Source of the DNA: Dendrobates tinctorius
Lineage: Eukaryota
Length of the DNA: 64,000 bases
Direction of reading: 5' to 3'
Assembly: GCF_039654945.1 (NCBI RefSeq)
Contig: NW_027361819.1
Span: forward strand, 1,922,001 to 1,986,000
In this document: positions 39,001 through 50,460 of the stretch, in pieces
How positions within the stretch are numbered: the first letter of the stretch is position 1
How the letters are laid out: each line of letters opens with the position of its first letter
The notes under the pieces: model-generated
What the model saw: only the letters and a program-made list of their open reading frames with translations
What the model was told of the DNA's origin: nothing
Databases searched by the model: none
Translations under genes and position numbers: made by a program

Positions 39001-40169
39001 GTCAGGTGTGGACGAGGAGGTTATATAGGCTATTCAAGGTCAGGTGTGGACGAGGAGGTTATATAGGCTATTCATGGTCAGGTGTGGACGAGGAGGTTAT
39101 ATAGGCTATTCAAGATCAGTTGTGGACGAGGAGATTATATAGGCTATTCATGGTCAGGTGTGGACGAGGAGATTATATAGGCTATTCAAGTTCAGTTGTG
39201 GACGAGGAGGTTATATAGGCTATTCAAGGTCAGGTGTGGACGAGGAGGTTATATAGGCTATTCAAGGTCAGGTGTGGACGAGGAGGTTATATAGGCTATT
39301 CATGGTCAGGTGTGGACGAGGAGGTTATATAGGCTATTCAAGGTCAGATGTGGACGAGGAGGTTATATAGGCTATTCATGGTCAGGTGTGGACGAGGAGG
39401 TTATATAGGCTATTCGAGGTCAGGTGTGGACGAGGAGGTTATATAGGCTATTCATGGTCAGGTGTGGACGAGGAGGTTATATAGGCTATTCGAGGTCAGG
39501 TGTGGACGAGGAGGTTATATAGGCTGTTCAAGGTCAGGTGTGGTGGAGGAGGCTAATTAGGTGACTAAAATTATAGAGGTGATGGTCAAATAAATTGCTG
39601 AAAAATTAAGGATGGAGAAACTAAGAGTTGTCCATCTAGTTTTTATTTGGCTCTCGGCTATTTTATGGGAATGCGTAATTTTTTTTCAGCCAAGAGGGAA
39701 CATGATGAAATTCAGTACACCGATCATTTTTGGTGTTAGGCGATCCTGATATATGGTTCATTAAATCCATGGCAAATTTCAGTGAATATGCCATGACTGG
39801 TTGCCTTCAACCCAATATGGGTGAATGGAGAGTTTAGACATATCAAGGAAGGGTCGCATATTGCTTTACTTGCGTCAAACGTTAAACTCTCTTCTCTTAG
39901 GAGAAAGTCTGGAGTATGTGAATGTAGAAGATGCCGAAACCCACTCCGCTTCCATTAATCAGGGTAGGTTTTCGGGATGATACTAGGTGGAATGTCCTCA
40001 GGCCTTAGATGAACATGCCAGTGAGCAAATTTAGGTCATAAAATATTTCCAAAGTATGAATCATTTGCGTGCTCTGTTTTCTAGAGGAAAAAAACATCTT
40101 GCATTATGTCTTACAGAGAGTGAAGATGATGACGTACCCGAATATGAAAACATTGAGAAAGCGCATTAA
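33026..40169 (+). CDS. lat: Linker for activation of T cells (LAT), 12 coding exons, ~249 aa
   Basis: Phase-compatible AG/GT-bounded exons: 33026-33122, 33248-33281, 33814-33866, 34102-34165, 34529-34581, 35052-35090 (least certain), 35424-35523, 35978-36066, 36157-36207, 36416-36469, 39901-39963, 40117-40169 (750 nt, open). Protein: MMDTFSVMYFAAVVLPIVLITGLWISCHRKIP...DILLTIPKSP...SRRSS...acidic stretch...GYIEVLPD...YVNV...YVNV...YVNV...PEYENIEKAH*. This matches LAT hallmarks (human DLLPIPRSP, GYLVVLPD, YVNV, YENL). Donor at 40171 and acceptor at 40337-38 suggest a non-coding last exon from 40339. Confidence 0.88.
33318..33626 (-). promoter_or_regulatory. Degenerate ~60-bp repeats carrying CTCF-like motifs in LAT intron 2
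   Basis: cagcgccacctatagg (33366), caccgccacctgtagg (33426), and weaker copies at 33318, 33480, 33521, 33614, resembling the reverse-complement CTCF core GCGCCACCTAGTGG. Confidence 0.4.
37191..37437. repeat. 89-bp inverted repeat with 69-nt spacer (hairpin/MITE-like) in LAT intron 10
   Basis: 37191-37279 is the reverse complement of 37349-37437 (2 mismatches; inner 80 bp perfect). Confidence 0.9.
37500..39545. repeat. 38-bp minisatellite (ggtcaggtgtggacgaggaggttatataggctattcaa)n in LAT intron 10
   Basis: Tandem 38-bp period. Degenerate related units extend upstream to ~36650. Confidence 0.96.
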
Positions 40170-43100
40170 GGTATATAAATAACCCTCTATTCTTGACCTA
40201 GGGGGCAATGGCCAACTTGTGGAATCATCTGGTGAAATATTACATCCGGGGATGTTTCCTATCTCCACCTTCTACATGTCTTCCAGGTTAGGACTCCACA
40301 CCTGCTGAAGGACAGACTTTTATTTTTTTTTTTTTCAGGCGACTGACCCCCAATATTCCCTGTATGGATCCAGGAGGAAGTCTTCTTGATGGGCCTTTAT
40401 GCTTCAGGTTGACCTGTTAACCACTTTTCCTGAATCCTATCTTTGGGATGACCTCTTCTTGCACTTACTGGACTATTCTACATTGAGTTGCTAGGTTGAA
40501 CTGGATCCCATTATAATTTCCAACCAACCCTTGATGAATCGGTTGTAAATGTCTTCTGAAGATAGATGAAGATGGGACCTGACCCTCAGAAAACTCATCA
40601 TGAATATTTCTTTTTTTCTAATTTACTGAAGAAATAAGATGCCACCAAACTGGTGCCAGAAACGATTACAAAAGTATTAGATATTAGACATCGGAATAGT
40701 TCCTAGACATCATGTAAGAAAGTGGTCTTCATCCTGTGGTGGATATAGTTGGCGACCACTAATCTAACCTGAGACGTATATATGGTAGTGCATGTTTTTG
40801 TTATTTATACCTTGTAGATATTTTTTATGTTTTCCTTCCATATCTTGCTGGCCAAATCCTGAGATATTTGCCTCTTCTTTGATCACGGACCTGTAGCTGA
40901 AGAACGTGATAACTGGAGCCTCTGTAGATGCTCAAGGAATCTTCAAGATTAGACGCCTTGTGTCTGTAGTAATAGGCCTACAACCTGTATAAGCTGACAC
41001 AAACTCCTCACAATAATTAAACTCTTTCCCACCATTATCCGATGATGATGTTCCTGAGAAAATGTAAAAAAATAATCTTTGTAGGGAGTGACAGAAATAC
41101 ATACGATGTGTTTTATATGAAGACTTTATTTATTTATTTCTTTTATTCTAGTAATTCTACTGTTCATTTTATTATGTTATTAAAAGGCTTTGATATCAAT
41201 CCAAGGGTCCAATCATTTCCCACATATTTGTACCTGTTTGAGTGTCCATTGCCTGGTTTATGGTGTAGGGGCAAATTTCGGGTTACACTATGGGCAGTGT
41301 TGGAGTATAGAGAAACTGGTTTAGGGATGGAATTTGGCTAGGACTAGGCCCGTCATCCGACGGTTCATTGGAGTCACACCTGTCTCGAATGTTGGCCTGA
41401 ATGTTTATGTATTGTCCATGGAAGAGTGGAGTTTTTCCTGAGGAAACAATCGGATAGCGCTTTGATTTTCAACCGGTCATTCCTTCTCTCCATCAATATC
41501 ATCTGTTGGGGGAAGAGTCAGGAGATCCACATTAACGATAGATGGTTGGCCGGCACCACCGATATTGATGTGGTTCAGCCAATTTTAATGTGTATGGAAT
41601 GCTTTAGTGTTGACCTATAGATTGACTTAGGGCTGGGAGATATAGAGGGGTTTACGGTTTGACCAGAGTTAGAAGTGGTTAGAGGGCAGACAGAGCCATT
41701 TTTAACCCCCTATATAACGCACATATCCATCTTAGGTGCGTCACTTTGTACTCCATGAATGAAATGTACATCATGCCGATCGCACCGTCCAACTTCTGTA
41801 TCAATGCCATCAGCTGCAGGAACTCAACTAATACATACAGTTAGGTATTATCACCTATCCTAGCTGTTTAACCCCTCAGGACGAATTTGACAGAGGGAGA
41901 CTTCTCCTTCTGTCAGCCCATCAGCACTTCCGCAGTGCAAGAGTAAAGTGCCGATGGATTGCTATGTCAAATGGAAGACTGACAACGGCCTCCAGGTCTG
42001 CTATATACTACTGCCTATGAGATCATGCCAGAAGATGGGCCTAATAGGTCAACAATTAGTCAAACACCGACAGGCTAAGTAACGCACTGCAATACACAAG
42101 TAGTGCAGGGTATTACCTAAGTGATCATAAGATCACATGTTCAAGTCCCATTGAGTTACTAATAAGTATTATAAAACAAATAAAAAAAAATATGTTTCTA
42201 AGAGTTAGAAATTGTTATAAAAAAGTAAAACCACCCTCACCAAAATCCCACTTTTTTCAATAAAATAAAATATTGAATCTAGAAAAAAAATATTATTTAT
42301 CCTGTAGGATAGAAGACAATCTGTCACACAACTCTGTCTACCGAAAAATAAAAATGTTATGGGTTTAGGAATATGGCAAATAAGTGATTAAAAAACAAAT
42401 TGTGAAAACGTAGTAAATTTTAAAAAAATGCGTCAATGAAAAAATTAAGTAAGTGATCTATGTCCCAAAGGCAAAAAAAATCCAAACATCAATACATATG
42501 AATGAAGTTCTCATGTGTCAGCACGGCCTTCACATTTCTTTGCTCTTATTCTCGTAGAATTAGATGGTGCCACTTGTGGTTAGTCTCACTCTTAGGGTTG
42601 ACCACCTGAGGAAGGTTGCGTTTAGGATGTCGAAAAGTGAAAGGTCTTACATAGTCCTCAAGAGCGTGACTAGTTAAAGGGGTTGTCTATGGACATCAGA
42701 TAAAACTTACTGATTTAGATTAATGTAATTCAGAATTATGAAAGTGACACCGGCATTATGTCCAGATTTCCCGACCGTTCCCAAGGTCTATATCTGCAGG
42801 GAGCTTCTTCACCCTCCATATTATCCCACCAGCTGTTTGGCACAGTTCATTCAGTGAGTTATACAAAGGTATACAGTTATGCAAAACTATATACTATTAT
42901 AAAAAGTTGTTAAAAATGACATCGCAATGACAGCCTCTGAATAAAGACACCTATGTGCTGTACAAAGGCCTGATGACAAATGAGCATCCTGTCCAATGTG
43001 GTTTTGGTGGTTTCCATACCACCTAGTTCTAAGCATCGCGTGTCTCATCAGAGGGGGCGTACAATTACTGTTCCGGACATGCTGCTTTGGTGGGTCACAG

Positions 43101-43286
43101 AACCTAGTGAGGACGATAGGACAAGGTAAGAGAGGCCATAAGAAAGAGCAGAGAAGAAAAGAAGAGCGCTACACGGCCAGAGAAGCTGAAGGACAGAAGA
43201 AAGGACGCATTCAGGAGGGAAATGTTGAGTGACCTGAAGGAGGACCTAAAACAGAAGACTCACCAGGGGTGAACACAGAAAGATAA

Positions 43287-43377
43287 ATGTTCCACAACGC
43301 TTTTGATGACTGGATAATTGGGCTGCTTGGAATATTGGGTATGGCCTTATTTATTGGTTGCACCAGCTGCTGGCAAT
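43287..43377 (+). CDS. Putative first coding exon of a second type III transmembrane adaptor (TM + CxxC), apparently orphaned
   Basis: MFHNAFDDWIIGLLGILGMALFIGCTSCWQ followed by a consensus phase-1 donor (T|gtaagt), the same layout as LAT exon 1. No downstream exons recognised. Confidence 0.5.
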
Positions 43378-44049
43378 GTAAGTACATCTCACCAGTTTGG
43401 TCTCCAGGCCTACTCATTATCATGGTTTCAGGGCTTCTCAGCTCCAGGACTTTTGGTGTTATGCTCAAGACTTATGTTAAGGTTCCACATGCCTCCGATA
43501 GATGTCAGTTGAAGGCTTTTTTAGGCCGCCAGTGATTTCTTTTGACTCCCCCCATAAACACTAACTCTTGGCTTGATCAAGAGTTCACAGGCATTCAATA
43601 TAGAAATCAGAGTAAAGCCACTAATAGACACCCCTGAAACGTTGATTCTCCTCCTTATCTAATGAGAAAACCAAACCAATTCTCCCACCATTATCTCTAC
43701 CAACATCGTATGTTGGACTAGAATCAGAAGACCCCGATATGAGCTAGATGTGATGGGTTTGGGTGAAGAACGGGTTGAGGTTGTGTTCAGGGTTTTTGTT
43801 ACGGTTGGGAGCCACTTTAGATAACTTGATGAAAATTGTTAAACAACAGCCAACCAGGTAAATCCAAGGAGATGGTTTAATGATCTGATTAGATTAAGCC
43901 AGCTTAAAAATTATCACAACCAATGAACAATGAATAAGTGTTTCCTTCATTGGGTGATTACCAGATTGTTAAGACTGGCTGATAGTTGGGAACAAGCCCT
44001 GCTATAAATGCTAATTTGCCAATCATAGGTTCCTCCAAATGAGCCATAA

Positions 44050-44412
44050 GGACTTGTGAATTGGTTTCAGGCTGTGAGTTAAGATATAGTGCAGATCATG
44101 TATTGAGGTTGGGTTCAGGGTTTCTAGTAATGTAATTTTCAAAACTTGGGTCGTGATCGGATTTAGTTCCTTTGTGGGATTATAAAACATATATTGGGGT
44201 TAGGTTCAAGTTTTGCATGGGAATCAATCAAGAGCATATGTTGGGTAAAGGGTTCATGACTTGTGTTAAATTTGGCTTCAAGACTCATGTTGGGGTTGGG
44301 TTGAGGACTTGTGTTGGGGTCAAATTCAGGTCTTGCCTTAGGATTGAGTCCAGGTCATGTGTTGGATTTGGATTCAGGACTTGCGTTAGGATCAGGATCA
44401 GAATGTGTTGTG
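44050..44412. repeat. Degenerate ~24-bp tandem repeat (gggttcaggacttgtgttggggtt-like)
   Basis: Recurring ttcaggacttgtgtt-like motif about every 24 bp. Confidence 0.55.
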
Positions 44413-44712
44413 TTGACTGAAGATACTGTATGTCTTGGGGTAAGTGAAAAGAGGAGGATGATTGACCTCATGGAGATCAACATCCGACACTGCGGAGACA
44501 CCATCACGTGTTTCTCAACGCAGTGATTCTAGAGCACTGCTCCCATCCCTTGTGGGAAATATGTAAAACACGCAAATATATAAGCCGCGGAGACACCATC
44601 ACATGTTTCTCAACGCAGGCAGTGACTAGCCAGGTCTTTCACCGGGAAGGAACAACCACGGGAAGGGCAGTCTCCAATGAAGGAAACCACCTATGCCAAA
44701 ACATGGTATCCA

Positions 44713-44756
44713 TCCACAGACAGCTGTTTCGGGGTATTGCCCCTCATCAGTGTGGA
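44713..44756 (-). ncRNA. Minimal type I hammerhead ribozyme, copy 1
   Basis: Minus strand reads UCCACA-CUGAUGA-GGGG-CAAUA-CCCC-GAAA-CAGCUG-UC/UGUGGA: stem I UCCACA/UGUGGA, canonical core, 4-bp stem II, short stem III with palindromic AGCU loop, GUC cleavage triplet (cut between 44719 and 44718). Confidence 0.92.
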
Positions 44757-45066
44757 GTAGGAAACTGGCTAGTGGGAGCAATGCCTAGTAACAGACCATG
44801 AAAAGAGGAGGATGATTGACCTCATGGAGATCAACATCCGACACTGCAGAGACACCATCACGTGTTTCTCAACGCAGTGATTCTAGAGCACTGCTCCCAT
44901 CCCTTGTGGGAAATATGTAAAACATGCAAATATATAAGCCGCGGAGACACCATCACATGTTTCTCAACGCAGGCAGTGACTAGCCAGGTCTTTCACCGGG
45001 AAGGAACAACCACGGGAAGGGCAGTCTCCAATGAAGGAAACCACCTATGCCAAAACATGGTATCCA

Positions 45067-45110
45067 TCCACAGACAGCTGTTTCGGGGTATTGCCCCTCA
45101 TCAGTGTGGA
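45067..45110 (-). ncRNA. Minimal type I hammerhead ribozyme, copy 2
   Basis: Identical to copy 1, 354 bp downstream. Confidence 0.92.
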
Positions 45111-45420
45111 GAAGGAAACTGGCTAGTGGGAGCAATGCCTAGTAACAGACCATGAAAAGAGGAGGATGATTGACCTCATGGAGATCAACATCCGACACTG
45201 CGGAGACACCATCACGTGTTTCTCAACGCAGTGATTCTAGAGCACTGCTCCCATCCCTTGTGGGAAATATGTAAAACATGCAAATATATAAGCCGCGGAG
45301 ACACCATCACATGTTTCTCAACGCAGGCAGTGACTAGCCAGGTCTTTCACCGGGAAGGAACAACCACGGGAAGGGCAGTCTCCAATGAAGGAAACCACCT
45401 ATGCCAAAACATGGTATCCA

Positions 45421-45464
45421 TCCACAGACAGCTGTTTCGAGGTATTGCCCCTCATCAGTGTGGA
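45421..45464 (-). ncRNA. Minimal type I hammerhead ribozyme, copy 3
   Basis: As copy 1, but the 3' strand of stem II is CCUC (one G-C becomes a G-U wobble). Core intact. Confidence 0.88.
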
Positions 45465-45765
45465 GTAGGAAACTGGCTAGTGGGAGCAATGCCTAGTAAC
45501 AGACCATGAAAAGAGGAGGATGAATGACCTCATGGAGATCAACATCCGACACTGCGGAGACACCATCACGTGTTTCTCAACACAGTGATTCTAGAGCACT
45601 GCTCCCATCCCTTATGGGAAATATGTAAAACATGCAAATATATAAGCCGCGGAGACACCATCACATGGGAGCAGTGCTCTAGAATCACTGCGTTGAGAAA
45701 CACGTGATGGTGTCTCCGCAGTGTCGGATGTTGATCTCCATGAGGTCAATCATCCTCCTCTTTTC

Positions 45766-45909
45766 TTAGACTATGAGGCCGGGCGTCTGTCCTTCTATGA
45801 GATGTGTGACCCCATCAGACACTTACACACCTTCACCTCCTCCTTCACTGAACCCCTACATGTTATCTTGTATGTGTATAAAGGAGCCTCTGTTACAATA
45901 AGAAGCTGA
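45766..45909 (+). pseudogene. 3' remnant of a different TRIM paralogue (C-terminal SPRY only)
   Basis: LDYEAGRLSFYEMCDPIRHLHTFTSSFTEPLHVILYVYKGASVTIRS* aligns to the end of the 5336-6883 TRIM but is clearly diverged. It starts abruptly at the inverted end of the 354-bp array. Confidence 0.9.
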
Positions 45910-46519
45910 GGCCGAGATTAAATGTTCATGAGTGAATTGACCCAGTTGTTTGCTTATTTTAATGGGTTACTTCCATCTCCTTAACTTCTGGTATATGGAT
46001 CGGATATACCATAACTTTTGTCATTGCTTGGACCCCACTAATCCAGAGAATGAAGGCACCACAGTCTCCCCTTTTAAGGCTTCCTAGTATGAGTATTGGT
46101 GTTTTTTTTTTTATGCTGCACCTTTTCTTTCACAAAAAGCACAGAATATTACATTAACACTTCCTGACACATGCCGTAAGTGTACATCACGATCAGGAAG
46201 GGGTTCCTCTAAATTAATGATCGGTTACATCATGGCGATCATGCAGGCACAGCTTATCTTGGCTTACGTGATAGCGGAGCTCCAGCTGTCGCACGCTATC
46301 TCCCATCCAATTGGCAGCCCCGCAACGTGATCACTTGCTGCCGATGGTAGTCATCCCAACCAGAGGTCTAATAATGACGTCTGAGTCTGCAAGTTATGGG
46401 GGCCTGTTAGACCTTGGTCCTAGAATGGTCTAACAGGTGATCTGGCAATGTCACACTGACTGGTGTAATGCATTGCAGCACATGTGCATTAGAGCAATGA
46501 TCAGAAGTTTTAAGCGCAA

Positions 46520-47180
46520 GGCCGGGGCCCGGTCCCCGAGGTTGTATGGACGCTGAATGTCCTGCAGCAGACACCGGAGGAGTAGTGAGCTGTAAATGCA
46601 CTACTCCCATCTAAGACTTGGGGGCACAACAGCAACTTGGATAGTGAGCCGGGACTCAGGAGTAGAGTCCCCGAAGCAGGCTACAGCTGTCTGCCGTACA
46701 AGTAGAGTTCTTGGGAACATCTGTCAGGAGGCACTCCAGTTTAACTCGGTACTAGGAGATCTTCACACTTAAAGGCGCTATAGAGGAGACGTTCAGAAAG
46801 GTACATGTTGGCGGAGTGTTGGAAGGGAGCATCCTATCTTGCCTGGAGGTTGACTGAGCCCAGGACCCAGAGGACACAGCACGGAGGCAGGCATCTGTGT
46901 GAACTGCAGACTGTGAGTAAAGCTTTGGAACTACATGCCCTGGTGTCCTCCACTTATTCCTGCATCACTACACCCCGCACTACTACATCTGGGCACCAGC
47001 CTCTACACCGCCTGTGCCTCTCCTCCATTGCTACATCTACACTGCCCTGGGACTACAGCTCCACCTGTGGGGAGCTTCACCATCTTGGCTGCAACCCACC
47101 ACCAGTCCCAGAGGATCTGCATGCAGCATCGGCCTAACACCTCACTTGCCGAACACCACAGGTGGCGTCACGAACTATTC
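46520..47180 (+). mobile_element. Possible decayed solo-LTR-like repeat
   Basis: GC-richer block with gactgtgagtaaag... and ...aggtggcgtcacgaac, reminiscent of anuran Gypsy LTR ends. Termini and TSD not verified. Confidence 0.3.
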
Positions 47181-50100
47181 ATAAACTTCATTTCATTGTT
47201 CATTCATCCCCTTTTTGCCAAAAACTCAATATAAATCTGGTATTGCTGTAATCGCACCCACCCGAAGAATAAAGTCGCCTAATTACTTATACCACATGAG
47301 GGACTGTGTGAAAAATAAAGAAACAAGAAAATTCTTCACCTGCTGATTTGTTCATTCTGCCTCCCAAAGATCACAGTAAAGCTTGGTGCACAATTATCCT
47401 GCACTCTGCGCTTAGCGCTTACACCAGGGTTTCTGTGTAAATCTCTGATTCAAATGGAATCCCTAGTGGAAGATTCCTTATAATGAGGCAGAGGGAGGCA
47501 CTGTGGATGTCATCTGACCTGTGATCCGGCAGTGTCAGTGTTTTTAGGTGTGTATAAAAGCATGGTCCGCCACAGTTTTGTGCACTTCTGAAAAAGACAA
47601 TGCTGAACAGAGGCCAGACGGAGTACAGAGTAATTCTGCTGCCTCATTATAGTGAATGAATCATTCTGGGGTTTCATCTGAATGTCGTCAACTCGGCAAT
47701 TCAATAATACTTTCAGTTCTGAAATTGAAGAAAAAATATAACCTTTTTTTTTTTTTTTTTAAATTTTTTAATATGTAGTTCAAGGGGGGCAATTTTGAGT
47801 TTTAGGTTTTGGTTCCCATAGGGTAGTACTCCTGCAGATGTTTGTGAAATTCTGTCCAAGAACAAACCACTGTGAATTGACAGTCCGTGGTTCTTCTGAC
47901 CTGAAAGGGAAAGCAGCTCTGCAGGCACTAAATACACCTGATTGAGAAGATCACACTGGCCTTGAATAAGAAGGAAGCAACGTGGAGAAGCTTTGATGGT
48001 CAAGATGGCCTCCGGGAGAGTAGAGTCTGAGAGGACTGCCTTTAAAGCTTAAACATGTTGAGTCGCTTCAATTGGAAGCCCACATTATTACCAAGAAAAT
48101 CGCCAGTCATTTTAAAGAAACTTAGAGAAGCAAGAGTTGTCTGAGAACCCCAGACAAGCTAGACACATCTCAGTAAAATTTTCAAGAGTTGGAAGCCAGG
48201 AGTGAGGAACTGTCTCGGGACATTTCTCGAATTAAGGACTTGGTCAACAAAAAAAGATGTCCTATTGATTTTACAAGCAAAAGATGATGTATGTAATGGA
48301 GATAAGTGTCTCCTCTATGCTATGGGTGATCTGAATGTAGGGGTGATCTCTGAGATTCTACAGAAAGGCATGGCAGAGTTTGTGACCCACGCTGAGACTT
48401 GTATCTCTCTACGTAGAGTCTTGCCAATCATTATGGATGTAAATTTGGCTCATAAAAGGATGGAGATCTCAGAAGACTTGAAAACCCATATCGGCTTCTG
48501 ATGTGAAGCATGATCGTCCGCCCTCAAGATTTAGTACTTGCACTCAAGTCTTGAGCACCTATTGCTTCACTGAGCAATGCAGCACTACTGGGAAGTCGAA
48601 ACCAGCAGCCAATGAATATGGGACGTTGGTTTGGCTTATTCTAGTATCGAAAGAGAAGGGAAATGTTATGGGATTGGAGACCATAACTGTGTCCTGGTTT
48701 TTGTAGAGATACACGATAAAGTCCCCTCTGGCCCATAACTCAAAAGCCAAGTTCCTAATTATTGAGCAGTGTTCCCCAATAATAGGCAAGTAGCTGAATT
48801 AGGAGGGTGGACTCTTGGAGTTTTATGAGCTACGTGACCAGGAGCGGCACTTGTTCTGACATCTACATACTTTCCAAGCCAATTTCCAGGAATGTTTGCA
48901 TGCAGCATTCTATGTAGACAATGGGGCTCGGATTAAGGTCCTCCTATAGAAATATTACTGTCTGTAACTTGGGGTGCACTAAATGTGTTTTACATAGTAG
49001 TGTTGATGGTTCATTGGTGTCACTGTTTGATGTTCACAATAAAAATTTCAAAGAATTCATTTCTTCTCCTTTTTCTTTTTTTTGCTTTATCTGAGTTCCC
49101 TTAGAAGCTTCAAAATGTGTTGGAGACCTCATGTCTGTTGGTTTCTCCTTTTGTCTTGGGCTCAAGATTCTTGTAGGAAGTTTCATAAGCCGGTGACCAC
49201 ATGTACACCATTTAGTAAGCAGAAACATCTCTTGTCCCAGCGATCACGTGATCGCTCGTAAGGAGCGGGGGCTTACGGGTCTTGGTAGACTCCGATCAGT
49301 ACAAAGAAGGCTAAATTTGACCTGTAACTGGGGCTAACTGGCAGCAAGCAGAGATCATGGACATCGGTAAATGTGCACAGGAACTTTTAGTTCTAGAACT
49401 TTACCAGAAGGTGTCACTGTTCGCTCACCAGGCGCTATAATGTACCCTAGCGTAATATTGTATAATGTGATGAGCTGTAAGATGTATTTTATGCTATACA
49501 CCCCTCTCAACATGGCAAGCAGGGATTACAATGGCACCCTAAATGTGATGCATCATGGTGGAAAAATAAAGAAAAATGGCAGACATTACACAGAATGGGA
49601 GGAGGAGGACATCAGAGACTCCGGGCATCCCATCCTCGTCACTCCCGGGACCTACCGCAGGCCGTGTCCTGAAGCTGAACCCCATGATAACGCTGTCTGT
49701 GGCGGTGTCCGAGAATGGGAAGATATGAGTGTCTAAGACATACATGTATTTACGGGGCTGATCTAGGGCCTGGTGGGTGGTCTTGTCTAAGGTATATTTT
49801 GAGGCTCACTTTAGAGTCTGCATTTCATTAATGGTCTGGTTATAGTTCAGGTGAGATGTATTTATGGGACATGGTTTTGGACCATTTATAAATTTGAGAC
49901 TCCCTTTATTAGGGGTTAGTCTGATCTGAGGCCTCTATGGTGGGGGATCTGGTCTTAGGCCTTTATCAGGGGGGAGGGGATCCGGCCTGAGGCTAGTATT
50001 GGGAGATCTGAGGCCTCTATTGGGGGGCAGAGTTGGTCTGGGGTCTGTACTACGGGGCTCTGATCTGAAGCCTGTTTTTCATTAGTGGGACCGTTTTGCT

Positions 50101-50460
50101 TTAGGGGGTTTGTGTTAATGGGGTCTGAGAATGGTTGGACTGGTCTCATCAGAAGAGACATTAGAGATGACGGCAGGAAGGGGTTGGTTCATTGGCCTTC
50201 CATCCGGCAGTCACCAATTACTGACTGGGAGATTGCTCAAGGGTCTCACTAATCGATTTGCTCATCTGGTCTAGTGTTTGTGTTTAATGTGGTCAGGCCT
50301 GGGGTCTTTACATATTTTATGGGGTCTAGTTACCAGTCTCTATCTTGTGGGATCGGATTTGGGGTCTGTTTTGGTTTGGTTGATGGGGTCTGCTGTGGCG
50401 TCCGATTTTGGTCTCGAGCATTTGGCAGTAATGGCTGTCGGATTCTTCCTATTCTCTATA

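Larger units (their letters stand above)
44445..45765 (-). mobile_element. Retrozyme / non-autonomous Penelope-like element: ~3.45 tandem 354-bp units plus a 101-bp inverted terminal copy
   Basis: Units start at 44445, 44799, 45153 and 45507 (partial, to ~45667). 45665-45765 is the exact reverse complement of 44446-44546. Each full unit carries a hammerhead. Confidence 0.85.

Noticed and set aside
41700-42700. TTAA-type DNA transposon/MITE remnants (also ~7190-7690 and ~46150-46500)
   Set aside because: Suggestive ttaacccc/ttaaaggg starts, but paired termini could not be established by eye.
44425-44445. Left flank 'CLGVS' as the missing LGIF before LDYEAG (simple insertion into a TRIM)
   Set aside because: Similarity is limited to about 3 residues, the upstream sequence is a 24-bp degenerate repeat rather than SPRY, and there is no TSD.
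44508-45509. Three repeated 97-aa ORFs on the + strand
   Set aside because: Non-ATG starts and no recognisable domain. They simply follow the 354-bp unit, whose recognisable signal is the minus-strand ribozyme.
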